Both the position numbers and the translations under genes were made by a program. Shown piece after piece: positions 36,906 to 46,355 of a DNA stretch of 64,000 bases (positions within the stretch are counted from its first letter, which is position 1; each line of letters begins with the position of its first letter). The stretch spans positions 1,297-65,296 of the forward strand of contig DASYUQ010000115.1 of the NCBI GenBank assembly GCA_036001065.1, read 5' to 3'. Source of the DNA: Candidatus Methylomirabilota bacterium (lineage in GTDB: Bacteria > Methylomirabilota > Methylomirabilia > Rokubacteriales > CSP1-6). The notes beneath the pieces were generated by a model, which worked only from the letters and a program-made list of their open reading frames with translations, had not been told where the DNA came from and searched no databases.

Positions 36906-39257
36906 TTACGCGGAGCGGACGCGATCGGGGACGGCGCGGGCCAGGGTGTCGAACAGGCGCTCGCGCGAGAACGGCTTGGCCAGCACCACGTCGACGCCCA
37001 GCGTCGCGTCCCGCTCCAGCTCGTCGGCCCAGCCCGTCAAGAGCACGATGGGCACCGGGCGCAGCCGCTTGAGCTCGGCGGCCAGCGCCAGCCCCGTCAT
37101 GCCGGGCATGCCGAGATCGGTGATGACGAGGTCGACGGGCTCGCGCCCGAACAGCGCCAGCGCCTCCCGCCCGGAGGCGGCGCTCAGCACGGTGTGCCCG
37201 GCGTGGGCCAGCATCGCCCGCACGAGATCGAGCACCTCCGGCTCGTCCTCGACGGCCAGGATCCGGAGGGGCTCGAGGATGGGCAGGAACACGGGCCCCC
37301 GCGGCGCGTCGGCGGTGACGGCGGGGAACGTGAACGTGAACGTGGTGCCGACGCCCTGCCGGCTGGCCAGCGCGATGCGGCCTCCGTAGCGCTGGACGAT
37401 CTCCTGGGCCAGGGCCAGGCCCAGCCCCGTGCCGCCCTCGCTGGCGCGCGTGGTGAAGAACGGCTCGAAGGCCAGGCGCTGCACCTCGGGGCTCATCCCG
37501 CGGCCGGTGTCGGAGATGGCCACGACCGCGTGATCGTCGTGGCCGCGGATCTCGATCGTGAGCCGCCCGCCGTCCGGCATGGCCGTGAACGCATTTTCCA
37601 AAGTATTGAGCAGGGCCTCCCGGATCTCGCTCGCCACCGCCAGGATCGGGGGGGCGGGTTCGATGCGGAGGTCGATCTGGTAGCGCACTCCGCGCCGGGC
37701 CGCCTCGTTGTCCCACTGGGGCCGGGTGAGGGCCAGCAACTGCTCGACGATCTCGCGGAGCTGGACGACCTCGGGCCCCTTCATCACCCGGGCCGGGCGC
37801 GAGTACTCCTGCAGCCGCCGCACCGTGCCCACGCTGTCCTCGGCCCCTTGGTGGATGACCCGCAGTGCATGGGCCACCTCTTCGGGATCGATGCTCTCGC
37901 CGGCGGCCAGCCGCTCCAGCAGCATCTCCGTCCAACCCAGCACCGGCGTGAGCCGATTGTTGATGTTGTGGGCCACACCGGCGGCCAGCGAGCCGAGCGT
38001 CCGGAACTTCTGCTCGCGGATCACGCGGAACCGCAACTCGTGCTCGTGGCTGATGTCCCGGAACACGCCGATGCGCTGGGGTCCGCCCTCCGCCCGCTCC
38101 ACCGTCGACAGCGTCAGGTGCACGGGCCGGGGCTCGCCGCCGCGCGCGATCAGGAGGAATTCCCCCTGGAAGGGCAGCTGCCGTAGCTGGGAGGTCAGCG
38201 CGGCGATGTCCTGGGCAGTGGAGAGCGACTCCGTCCAGCGCTGGCCGATCATCTCCTCGGCGGTCAGGCCGACCATCTCGAGGAAGGCGCGGTTGGCGAA
38301 GACGACGCGGTCGTCGCCGTCGGCGACCACGACGCCCTCGCCGATGCGCCGGACGACGTCCGCCAGCTCGTGCGCCTCCCCCTGCAGCCGCGCGTGCTCG
38401 ATCGCCACCGCCACCCGGTCGGCCACGATGTGCAGCAACCGGTCGGCCCGGGGATCGATCCGTCGCCCCCGCCGGGCCACCTCGATGACGCCGATGGGCG
38501 CGCCCCCCGCGATGAGCGGCGCCGCCATCAGCGAGCGAAATCCCTCCCGCCGCAGCACCGCATTCCCCACCCGCGGATCGGCGGCGGCGCCGTCGAGGAT
38601 CAGGACCGGGCGGCGTGTGCTGAGCGCGATCCCGCCCACGCCCTCGCCGGAGGGGGTCGACAGCCCGCCCAGGTCGTCGCCCAGGCCGACCGCGGCGCGC
38701 GCGCGCAGCTCGCCCCGCGCCTCGTCGGTGAGCAGAATCATCGCGGCATCGGCCTCGAACACCTCGGCCACGATCTCCACGATCCGGCGCAGGAGAACGT
38801 CGGCGCTCGCGGCCGTCAGGCTGGCTTGGGCGATCTGGCCCAGCGCCTGGATCTCCCGCGTCCGCCGCTCGAGCAGCCGGCTGGTGACGAGCGTCCGCGC
38901 CCGCGCCACCAGCTCCTCGGGCAGGAAGGGCTTCGTCATGTAGTCGTCGGCGCCGTCCCGGAGCCCGCGGACCCGGGCCGCCGCGCTGCTCAGCGCGCTC
39001 AATACCAGAATCGGGATGCGACTGAAGTTCGCCTCGGCCCGCAGCTGCTCGATGACCTCGTAGCCGCTCATGCCGGGCAGCATGAGATCGAGCACCAACA
39101 GATCGACGGCCGGCGTCAGCTCGAGCGTCTCGAAGACCGCTTCGCCGGTCGCCACGGAGTTCACCTGGTAGCCCTCCGCCTCCAGGAGGTCGCGCAGGAG
39201 CGCGGAGGTGTCCCGGTTGTCCTCGACGACGAGCACGCGGGGTGACTCGTCCCTCAT
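36906..39257 (-). CDS. Hybrid sensor histidine kinase (REC-GAF-PAS-HisKA-HATPase-REC)
   Basis: N-terminal receiver (VLVVEDNRD...DLMLPGMSG), GAF and PAS regions, an H-box (AAGVAHNINNRLTPV), G1/G2 boxes (DTGRGM; GGTGLGLA), and a C-terminal receiver. The start was set at MRDESPRV (ATG 39255-39257). Confidence 0.75.
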   Translation of the reverse strand: MRDESPRVLVVEDNRDTSALLRDLLEAEGYQVNSVATGEAVFETLELTPAVDLLVLDLMLPGMSGYEVIEQLRAEANFSRIPILVLSALSSAAARVRGLRDGADDYMTKPFLPEELVARARTLVTSRLLERRTREIQALGQIAQASLTAASADVLLRRIVEIVAEVFEADAAMILLTDEARGELRARAAVGLGDDLGGLSTPSGEGVGGIALSTRRPVLILDGAAADPRVGNAVLRREGFRSLMAAPLIAGGAPIGVIEVARRGRRIDPRADRLLHIVADRVAVAIEHARLQGEAHELADVVRRIGEGVVVADGDDRVVFANRAFLEMVGLTAEEMIGQRWTESLSTAQDIAALTSQLRQLPFQGEFLLIARGGEPRPVHLTLSTVERAEGGPQRIGVFRDISHEHELRFRVIREQKFRTLGSLAAGVAHNINNRLTPVLGWTEMLLERLAAGESIDPEEVAHALRVIHQGAEDSVGTVRRLQEYSRPARVMKGPEVVQLREIVEQLLALTRPQWDNEAARRGVRYQIDLRIEPAPPILAVASEIREALLNTLENAFTAMPDGGRLTIEIRGHDDHAVVAISDTGRGMSPEVQRLAFEPFFTTRASEGGTGLGLALAQEIVQRYGGRIALASRQGVGTTFTFTFPAVTADAPRGPVFLPILEPLRILAVEDEPEVLDLVRAMLAHAGHTVLSAASGREALALFGREPVDLVITDLGMPGMTGLALAAELKRLRPVPIVLLTGWADELERDATLGVDVVLAKPFSRERLFDTLARAVPDRVRSA

Positions 39258-40798
39258 CGCCACGCCACCCCCTCGCTGAGGAGCGTGGTCGTGACGACCC
39301 GAGCCAGCTCGTCGGGCAGGAAGGGCTTGCTGATGTAAGCGTCGCAGCCGGCGCGGAGCGCGGCCTCGCGCTCCTGCGGCCGGGCCAGGGCCGAGACCGC
39401 GATGATGAGCAGGCCGCGGGTGGCCGGGTGCTGGCGAAGCCGCCGCGCGACCTCCCACCCCGACAGGCGCGGCAGCATGAGATCGAGCAGGAGGAGCGCG
39501 GGGGGCCGCTCGATGGCCTCCCTGACCGCCTCCTCGCCGTCGGCGCAGACCCGTGCCCGGCCGCCGAGCACGTCCTCCACGACCGAGCGCATCAGGGCCT
39601 GGCTCGCCTCGTCGTCCTCGACGATCAGCACCTCGCGCCCGGCCAGCACCGGCTCCAGCGCGGCCTCCGGCTCGGGCGCGCCCTCCGGCCTGAGCGCCTC
39701 GGTGGCGATCGGCAGCGTGAAGCTGAAGCGGCTACCGTGGCCCGCGCCTTCGCTCTCGGCGCGCACCAGCCCCCCGTGCAGCTCCACCAGACGGCGCACG
39801 ATGGCCAGGCCCAGCCCCGAGCCGCCGTGCCGCCGGCGCATCGGCGACTCGACCTGGTAGAAAGGATCCCAGATGCGCGCCAGCTCCTCGCGCGCGATGC
39901 CCACCCCCGTGTCCTCGACCGCGATCCAGACCTGGTCGTTGTGGCGGTCTCCGCGGATGCGGACGGTGCCGCCCGGCGGCGTGAACTTGATCGCGTTGGC
40001 GACGAGGTTGACCAGGATCTGGTGCAGGCGCGGCTGATCCGCCTGCACCAGCGGCAGCGAGTCACCCAGCTTGTTCAGGAGATGGATCTGCTTGGCCTGG
40101 GCGGCCACGTGGACGGCCGCAATCACCTGGTCGGTGACCTGCCGCGCGTCGGTGGGGCGCGGATGCAGCTCGATCCGCGCCGCCTCCAGGCGCGAGACGT
40201 CCAGGAGGTCGTTGATGAGATCGGTGAGCCGCTGGGCGCTGCGAAAGATCGCCTCCTGGTGCTCGAGCTGCTTGGCGTTGAGCGGTCCGTGCACCTGCCG
40301 CAGCAGCAAGCGGCCGTAGCCGACGATCGCGGTGAGCGGCGTGCGCAGCTCGTGGCTGACCATGGCCAGGAACTCCGACTTCAGCTCGTCGAGCCGCCGC
40401 AGCTCCTCGTTGACCTGGGCCAGGCCGTGGGCCTCCCGCTCCTTCGCCGCATACTCCGTCTCGTACTCGCGGACGATGTCGGCGCTCTCGATGAACACGC
40501 CGTACCGGCGCCGCAGGGCCAGGCACGCCAGCGTCGCTCCCGCCGCCAGGGCGTCGATCGCCACCACCGTGGCCGCAGCCTCGCGCGGTACGCTGGAGAC
40601 CTGCTCGAACGTGACTCGCACGGCGGCCCGCAGACCGATGGCCAGAAAGACGATGCAGAACGCGATACCCAGCGGCTCGCGCCGGCGCGTGGGGCGGCGC
40701 CCGATCTCGACGACGATGAGCGCGGCGACGGTCAGCGCCGAGACGCCGAGCAGGACGTTGGCGAGGCGATGGATCAGCTCGAGCGTGACGTCGGCCAT
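39254..40798 (-). CDS. Membrane-anchored hybrid sensor histidine kinase (TM-HisKA-HATPase-REC)
   Basis: Two N-terminal TM helices, an H-box (MVSHELRTPLTAI), DTGVGI and GGSGLGLAIV boxes, and a C-terminal receiver (VLIVEDDE...DLMLPRLSG). ATGA overlap with the downstream kinase. Confidence 0.8.
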   Translation of the reverse strand: MADVTLELIHRLANVLLGVSALTVAALIVVEIGRRPTRRREPLGIAFCIVFLAIGLRAAVRVTFEQVSSVPREAAATVVAIDALAAGATLACLALRRRYGVFIESADIVREYETEYAAKEREAHGLAQVNEELRRLDELKSEFLAMVSHELRTPLTAIVGYGRLLLRQVHGPLNAKQLEHQEAIFRSAQRLTDLINDLLDVSRLEAARIELHPRPTDARQVTDQVIAAVHVAAQAKQIHLLNKLGDSLPLVQADQPRLHQILVNLVANAIKFTPPGGTVRIRGDRHNDQVWIAVEDTGVGIAREELARIWDPFYQVESPMRRRHGGSGLGLAIVRRLVELHGGLVRAESEGAGHGSRFSFTLPIATEALRPEGAPEPEAALEPVLAGREVLIVEDDEASQALMRSVVEDVLGGRARVCADGEEAVREAIERPPALLLLDLMLPRLSGWEVARRLRQHPATRGLLIIAVSALARPQEREAALRAGCDAYISKPFLPDELARVVTTTLLSEGVAWR

Positions 40799-40928
40799 TC
40801 AGTCAGCGATGCTATCACCGCGCGGCGCGTCCGGGCAGTCTGTGAAGTGAATTTCCTAGAGACGAGAAGAAATTACCGCGAGGGCCGCGGCCAGAGTACT
40901 TGTTACACTCCGGCCCCCCGCCGCTTCG

Positions 40929-40999
40929 AGCCCGGGCTTCGCCCGCGCAATCCTTGCTGGGGGAGGTCTCGGAGGGGGCGGACGTTACGGCCCCCTCCG
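40929..40999. repeat. REP/MITE-like composite repeat, copy c (orientation 2)
   Basis: GCCCGGGCTTCGCCCGCGCAATCC...GGGGGAGGTCTCGGAGGGGGCGGACGTTACGGCCCCCTCC. It lies between the HlyD gene and the histidine-kinase operon. Confidence 0.65.
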
Positions 41000-41005
41000 T
41001 CCGAG

Positions 41006-42280
41006 CTACCGGAGGTGGATCGTCACCGCCACCGACATCCCCGCCCGCAGGGTGTGCGGATTGGACGATTCCTTGGGATCGAGCGTGATCTTCACGGGGA
41101 CGCGCTGGACCACCTTGACCCAGTTGCCGGTCGCGTTCTCCGGCGGAAGCAGCGAGAAGCGCGAGCCCGTCCCCGCGGCGATGGAATCGACGGTGCCGAT
41201 GTACCGGCGATCGGCGAAGGTGTCGACGACGACGTCGACGCGCATCCCGGGCCGCACCCGGCCGAGCTGCGTCTCCTTGAAGTTGGCGATGACCCAGACG
41301 TCGTGCAGCCCGACGACGGCGAGCAGCGGCTGGCCCACCTGGACCACCTGGCCGGGCTCGACGTTCTTGCGGGAGACCAGGCCGGCGGTGGGCGCGCGGA
41401 TCTCGGCGTGCTCGAGGTTGAGCAGCGCCAGCGCCAGCTCGGCTTGGGCCTCCTTCAGCTGCGCCTGGGCCAGGTCCCGCTCGGCTTCGCGGACGCGCAC
41501 CTCCTGCAGGAGGGCCTCGGCCTGGATGGCCTGGGCCTTGGCCTCCACGGCGCGCGCCTCGGCGGTCTTGAGCCCGATCTGCTGCGGCTCGAACCCCGCC
41601 TCGCGCATGCGGGCGTCGGCCTCGGCGGTTTCCAGATCGCGCCGGGCCTGCGTCACCCGCTCCTCGGCAACCGTGAGCTGCGCCTCGGCGGCCCGCGCCT
41701 CGGCCTCGGCGTGATCGACGAACTCGCGCGCCACCAGCTCCTTGGCGAACAGCTCGCGGGCGCGCGCGAGGTCCTGCGCGGCCCGGTCGCGCATCGCCTG
41801 CGCCCGGACGCGTTCGGCCGCCGTGGAGGCCAGCGCAGCGCGCCGCGCATGGGCGGCCGCGCGACTGGACTCCAGCACACTGACCGCCGACGACCGCGCC
41901 GCCTCCGCACGGAGCGTCGCCGCCTGCGCCTGGGTCATCTGGCTCGCCGCCATCTCGCGCCCCAGCGCCACGCGCTCCACGGCGGCCCGGTGGCGACGCT
42001 CGGCGATGAGCACGGCCGCGCGGGCCTGCTCGGCCTTGGCGCGCCAATCGCGGTCGTCGATCCGGACCAGCACCTGGCCGGCGGTGACCGCCTGATTGTC
42101 CCGGACCAGGATGTCCACCACCTGGCCGGGAACTTTTGCACTCACGGGCGCGATGGCGCTCTCGATGTAGGCGTCGTCCGTGAACACGGTGAGGCGCGAT
42201 CGGTACCAGGCGTAGCCCGCCCAGGCCAGGCCCGCGACGGCGACGAGCGCGAACGCGAGCACGACGGCGCGGCGATTCAC
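41006..42280 (-). CDS. HlyD/EmrA-family membrane fusion (periplasmic adaptor) protein
   Basis: An N-terminal TM helix, a long Ala/Arg/Glu-rich coiled coil, and a C-terminal beta-barrel (NVEPGQVVQVGQPL...GMSVAVTI). Confidence 0.8.
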   Translation of the reverse strand: MNRRAVVLAFALVAVAGLAWAGYAWYRSRLTVFTDDAYIESAIAPVSAKVPGQVVDILVRDNQAVTAGQVLVRIDDRDWRAKAEQARAAVLIAERRHRAAVERVALGREMAASQMTQAQAATLRAEAARSSAVSVLESSRAAAHARRAALASTAAERVRAQAMRDRAAQDLARARELFAKELVAREFVDHAEAEARAAEAQLTVAEERVTQARRDLETAEADARMREAGFEPQQIGLKTAEARAVEAKAQAIQAEALLQEVRVREAERDLAQAQLKEAQAELALALLNLEHAEIRAPTAGLVSRKNVEPGQVVQVGQPLLAVVGLHDVWVIANFKETQLGRVRPGMRVDVVVDTFADRRYIGTVDSIAAGTGSRFSLLPPENATGNWVKVVQRVPVKITLDPKESSNPHTLRAGMSVAVTIHLR

Positions 42281-42425
42281 GCCACACTCCTAGCACAAAG
42301 GAGGACGGATTGTCACGCCGGTGACAGCCCGACGTCGGCGACGTCGCGATTGAAAAATCTGGGCAGGCGCATGTGCGCGCAGACGCCCGCGATTCTCGCC
42401 GGAGCATCCGCGGCACGGGAGTTGC

Positions 42426-43061
42426 TTGGAGGCATCGCCCGTGCATCGCATGCGCCCGCTGTGGATCCGGGGCTTGCGTCTCTATCGGAGCGGCGACCCC
42501 ACTGCCGCCGACGACGTGGGGCTGTGGCCGGGCGACGAAGAGAGGGAGCCGCTGCCTCACGTGAGGTCGCGGTTCCGGAGCGTGGACGATCCCGAATGCT
42601 TCGCGCTCTACTCGGTCCGTGACGTGCCGCTGCTGGGCCACGCGGCCCAGCCGATGCAACTCCTGCCGACCGAAGACCACACGCTCATCGTCGTCCGCGA
42701 GTTCCGCCGCGTGCCCCTCGAGGCCTCCGCGCTCGCCCTGATGATCTTCACCGCCCGCGTCGGCGCCGCCGCCCGGGTGATCGCGACCCTGGCGCACTGG
42801 GCTGAGCGCGCGGTGAGCACGTACCAGCCGGCGTACCTGCTGCTGGCCCACTCGCTGGAGCAGCCGAAAGTCAGCGCGCTCCTCACCGGCGTGCACGAGC
42901 GCCGGGCCCTTCAGTGGGCGCGCGCGTGTCCGTTCAGCGTCGATCTGGTGCTGCCAGAGGTGGGTCCCCTGCTCGACGCGGCGCCCGAGCACTACGCGTA
43001 TTGCCCCGAGGAGGAGGCCCTGGCCGCGCTTCCTCGCGCGGTCGCTCCCTCCGCGGTCTGA
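42426..43061 (+). CDS. Hypothetical protein (no recognisable domain)
   Basis: 211-aa ORF with high GC3, divergent from the HlyD gene. No motif was recognised. Confidence 0.35.
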   Translation: MEASPVHRMRPLWIRGLRLYRSGDPTAADDVGLWPGDEEREPLPHVRSRFRSVDDPECFALYSVRDVPLLGHAAQPMQLLPTEDHTLIVVREFRRVPLEASALALMIFTARVGAAARVIATLAHWAERAVSTYQPAYLLLAHSLEQPKVSALLTGVHERRALQWARACPFSVDLVLPEVGPLLDAAPEHYAYCPEEEALAALPRAVAPSAV

Positions 43062-43393
43062 TCCCGGTCAGCCCTCGGCGTTCAGCCGAAGCGTTTCGAC
43101 CAGCAAGGCGGCGGTGGCGACGATGTCCTTGACGTCGACCCACTCGTGGACGGTGCGCATGCCGCAACCGAGGTTGCCACGCGGGCCAGGACATTGCCGG
43201 TGTCCCCGCCCACCTTGTTCCCTGCGTCGTCGACCTCGATGCTCGCCCCCAGCGCTGCGAGCGCGGGCATCAGGCGCTTGGCCACCGGCCCCTCGCGCCG
43301 GGAGGGGCTCGAGATCTGGACCAGCTCCAGGAACTCGGCGACGAGGCGCTCGCGGTTGATCACGGGCTCTTCCCGAGAAACCGCTGGAACCAT
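43061..43393 (-). pseudogene. Remnant of a PepT-like M20 (or M42) peptidase gene with internal deletion and frameshift
   Basis: The N-terminal ~75 aa (INRERLVAEFLELVQISSPSRREGPVAKRLMPALAALGASIEVDDAGNKV...GNVLARV) resemble a PepT/M20 N-terminus. A different frame at the 3' end encodes a peptidase-like C-terminus (GCGMRTVHEWVDVKDIVATAALLVETLRLNAEG*). The central ~300 codons are missing. Confidence 0.5.
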
Positions 43394-44079
43394 TCGAGGC
43401 TCCGCGCCACCGCCTCCTGGCGGTGGGCCAGGTCGGTGAGGCGATGGTCGGCGTCGAGGATGATGGCGAGGTCGCAGGGCTCGGCGGCGCGCGCGTAGAG
43501 GGTGGCGCCGTGATCCACCGGCACGACGTCGTCGGCCTCGGCCTGGATGATCAGATGCCGGGCCACGCCGGCGGGCGCCTCGGTGAACAGCCGCGCCGTC
43601 AGCTCCCGGAAGAAGGGCGAGCCCAGACCGGGCGCGTCCTTGTCCATCGTGTCCATGAGGTCGTCGAGATTCGACGGAGCGTTCCAGGTGACGACCGGCG
43701 TGCCGTCGCCGCGCTCGGCGGCCAGGTGCAGCGCCACGTACCCGCCCATGCTGGAGCCGAGAAGGCCGAAGCGCCCGCTCAGCCTCCGGTGGAAGGGCAG
43801 GTACTTGAGCACCGCGCGGGCGTCCTCCAGCCGCGTGCCTACCGTGGTCTCCTCCTCGGCCCCGGAGGACTCGCCGCAGCCCCGGAAGTCGAAGCGCGCC
43901 AGCGCGAGACCGGCGGCCGGGAGCTCGGCGCCCAGGAGGAGATACTTGTCGCTGTCCTTGGAGGCCCGGAGACCGTGGCAGGCCACCACGCAGGGCACCC
44001 GTTCTTTCCTCTGGGGGAGGTGGAGGACCAGCGCCAGCGCGCCCCCGGCCACCGGGACCGTGTGGCGCTCTTCGGTCAT
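43360..44079 (-). CDS. Alpha/beta hydrolase (dienelactone hydrolase/BAAT-like)
   Basis: GLLGSSMGG nucleophile elbow. The start was set at MTEERHTV inside the listed ORF. Confidence 0.65.
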   Translation of the reverse strand: MTEERHTVPVAGGALALVLHLPQRKERVPCVVACHGLRASKDSDKYLLLGAELPAAGLALARFDFRGCGESSGAEEETTVGTRLEDARAVLKYLPFHRRLSGRFGLLGSSMGGYVALHLAAERGDGTPVVTWNAPSNLDDLMDTMDKDAPGLGSPFFRELTARLFTEAPAGVARHLIIQAEADDVVPVDHGATLYARAAEPCDLAIILDADHRLTDLAHRQEAVARSLEWFQRFLGKSP

Positions 44080-44207
44080 TTCAGGCTCGCCTCGCCGCGC
44101 TTGTGATCGTAGAGTTTCGCTCGCCTCGGACGCGGGGGGCCCAGCCCTCGGCCGTCCTCCGGCTCGCACTGCAGGCAGCTCGGCCGCGTCTCGGCTCGCA
44201 CTACCGG

Positions 44208-44993
44208 TCAGATCCACACGAGATCGAACAGACGGCAGGCGTTGGACGAGAGGCGGAACATCACGTCCTCGACCGGTAGCTGTTTGATCTTGGCGATCTC
44301 CTCACCCACCCGCCCGGCGAACCACGGCCCCGACGGCAGCCCCTCGAACTCGCCCCGATACTTCCAGGGGGCGTCGCTCTCGACGAGCAGCGCATCCAGC
44401 GGCACCGCGGCGACCATCTCGCGGTCGCGGTCTCGATGGACGACCTCGGGCGTGACCGAGACGAAGTAGCCCGCGTCAACGATCGCCTGCGTCACGTCGG
44501 CCGGCGCCTTGTGCCAGTGGAAGACCGCCCGCTCGATCCCGTGGCGCCGGAGCGCCTCCAGCGCGCCCACCGCGGCGCCGTGCGGCGCATGGAGCGCCAC
44601 CGCCAGGTCGTACCGGACCGCCAGCGTCAGCAGGCGGTCGAGCCGCCGGCGGCCACTCGTCATCAGCTCGGTCGGGTCGGCTGCCCCCTCCAGGGAGTAC
44701 CAGGGCAGACCGACTTCGCCCAGGGCGACGATCCGGGAATGGTGATCGCGCAGCTGCTGCTCGACCCGCTCGAGGTCGGCGTCGGTCAGGCGCGTCCAGT
44801 CGGGATGAAAGCCGAGCGCCGCCCACACCGCCTTGGGCACCACCGCCGCCGCCGCCAGAGTTCGCTCGTTCGACTCCGGGTCGCAGCCGACCGCGACGAC
44901 GCCCCAAACGTCGTGGGTGAGGGCCTGCCGCAGCGTCTCGCGGACGTCGGCGAAGGCGGGATCGTACAGATGACAGTGCGTGTCGATGATCAT
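44208..44993 (-). CDS. tatD: TatD-family metal-dependent hydrolase (DNase)
   Basis: N-terminal IDTHCHL motif and conserved His/Asp metal ligands of the TatD family. About 260 aa. Confidence 0.8.
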   Translation of the reverse strand: MIIDTHCHLYDPAFADVRETLRQALTHDVWGVVAVGCDPESNERTLAAAAVVPKAVWAALGFHPDWTRLTDADLERVEQQLRDHHSRIVALGEVGLPWYSLEGAADPTELMTSGRRRLDRLLTLAVRYDLAVALHAPHGAAVGALEALRRHGIERAVFHWHKAPADVTQAIVDAGYFVSVTPEVVHRDRDREMVAAVPLDALLVESDAPWKYRGEFEGLPSGPWFAGRVGEEIAKIKQLPVEDVMFRLSSNACRLFDLVWI

Positions 44994-45008
44994 ACGAGCC
45001 CCCGAGGC

Positions 45009-46355
45009 TTAGTTCCCGGCGACCACCATGCGGGCGATCTTGAGCGTGGGCGAGGCGGTGCGGTCGCGGAGCACGAGGTCGTTGCCCACCCCGTCGACCG
45101 CGTCGAACATCTCCAGGAGATTCCCGGCGACGGTGACCTCCTCGACCGGATAGGCGAGCCGGCCGTTCTCGATCCAGTGGCCCACGGCGCCCCGCGAGTA
45201 GTCGCCGGTGACGCCGTTGACGCCGAAGCCGATCAGCTCCGTGACGTAGAAGCCTTCCGTCACCGACGCGATCAGCTCCGCGGGCGGCGTCGTTCCCGGG
45301 CGCAGCGTGAGGTTGGTCGTCCCCACGGTGACGCCGCTGCCGTCCCGCACGGCGTGGTGCGTGGAGGCCAGGCCGAGCTTGCGGGCGCCGTAGGTGTCGA
45401 GCAGATACGACTCCAGCACGCCCTCCCGGACGACGACCGTCCGCCGCACCGGCAGCCCCTCGCCGTCGAACGGCCGCGAGCCCAGCGCGCCTGCGATCAG
45501 TCCGTCGTCGACGATCGTCACCGACGGAGCGGCGATGCGCGAGCCCAGCCGGTCGCAGAGGAACGAGGCGCGCCGGTAGAGACTCGGCCCGCTGGCGGCC
45601 GAGGCCAGCGCCCGGACGAGGCTGGCGGCCGTCTCGGGATCGAAGATGACGGGGACCTCCACGGTCTTCACCTTGCGGGCCCCCAGCCGCTGGAGCGCGC
45701 GCGCCGCCGCCATCCGGCCCACCGCCGCGGGATCCTCCAGCCCCGCCCGCTGGCGGGCCATCGAGTACCAGGTGTCGCGCTGCATCTCTCCGTTCCGGGC
45801 GGCGACCGGCGAGACGGTGATGCCGAAGCTCGAGGTCGCGTAGGCGCGCGCGAACCCGGACGAGGTCGCGTACGCGTACCGCGCCTGGCGATCCCAGTGC
45901 TCCGCGCCTTCGGAGTTGGTGATCCGCGGATCGGCGGCCAGCGCCGCCGCCTCGGCCCGGCGCGCGATCTCGATCTTCTCCTCGGGCGTGAGGTCGTGCC
46001 CCGAGGCATCGCGCAGACCCAGGTCGGGCACGCGATCGATCAGCTCGGCGGGATCGGGAAGGCCGGCGTGCGGATCCTCGGCGGTGATGCGGGCCAGGCG
46101 CGTCGCCTCGTCCACCACCCGCCCGAGCGACTCCGGCGACAGGTCGGAGGTCGACGCGGCGGCAGAGGCCGTGCCGGCGAAGACGCGCAGGGACAGCCGC
46201 TGCTCGTGCGAGTGCGTCACCGTGTCCACCTCGCCCAGCCGAACGGTGGCGCTGAAGCGGCGCTCCTCCACGAGGAAGGCGTCGGCGGCGGTGGCGCCCC
46301 GCGCGGTGGCGCGCTTGAGCACCGAGACGAGCAGGTCGCTGCTGAGCTGGCTCAC
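45009..46355 (-). CDS. pmbA: Metalloprotease PmbA/TldE
   Basis: PmbA family similarity. It forms an overlapping pair with the upstream tldD. Confidence 0.75.
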   Translation of the reverse strand: MSQLSSDLLVSVLKRATARGATAADAFLVEERRFSATVRLGEVDTVTHSHEQRLSLRVFAGTASAAASTSDLSPESLGRVVDEATRLARITAEDPHAGLPDPAELIDRVPDLGLRDASGHDLTPEEKIEIARRAEAAALAADPRITNSEGAEHWDRQARYAYATSSGFARAYATSSFGITVSPVAARNGEMQRDTWYSMARQRAGLEDPAAVGRMAAARALQRLGARKVKTVEVPVIFDPETAASLVRALASAASGPSLYRRASFLCDRLGSRIAAPSVTIVDDGLIAGALGSRPFDGEGLPVRRTVVVREGVLESYLLDTYGARKLGLASTHHAVRDGSGVTVGTTNLTLRPGTTPPAELIASVTEGFYVTELIGFGVNGVTGDYSRGAVGHWIENGRLAYPVEEVTVAGNLLEMFDAVDGVGNDLVLRDRTASPTLKIARMVVAGN

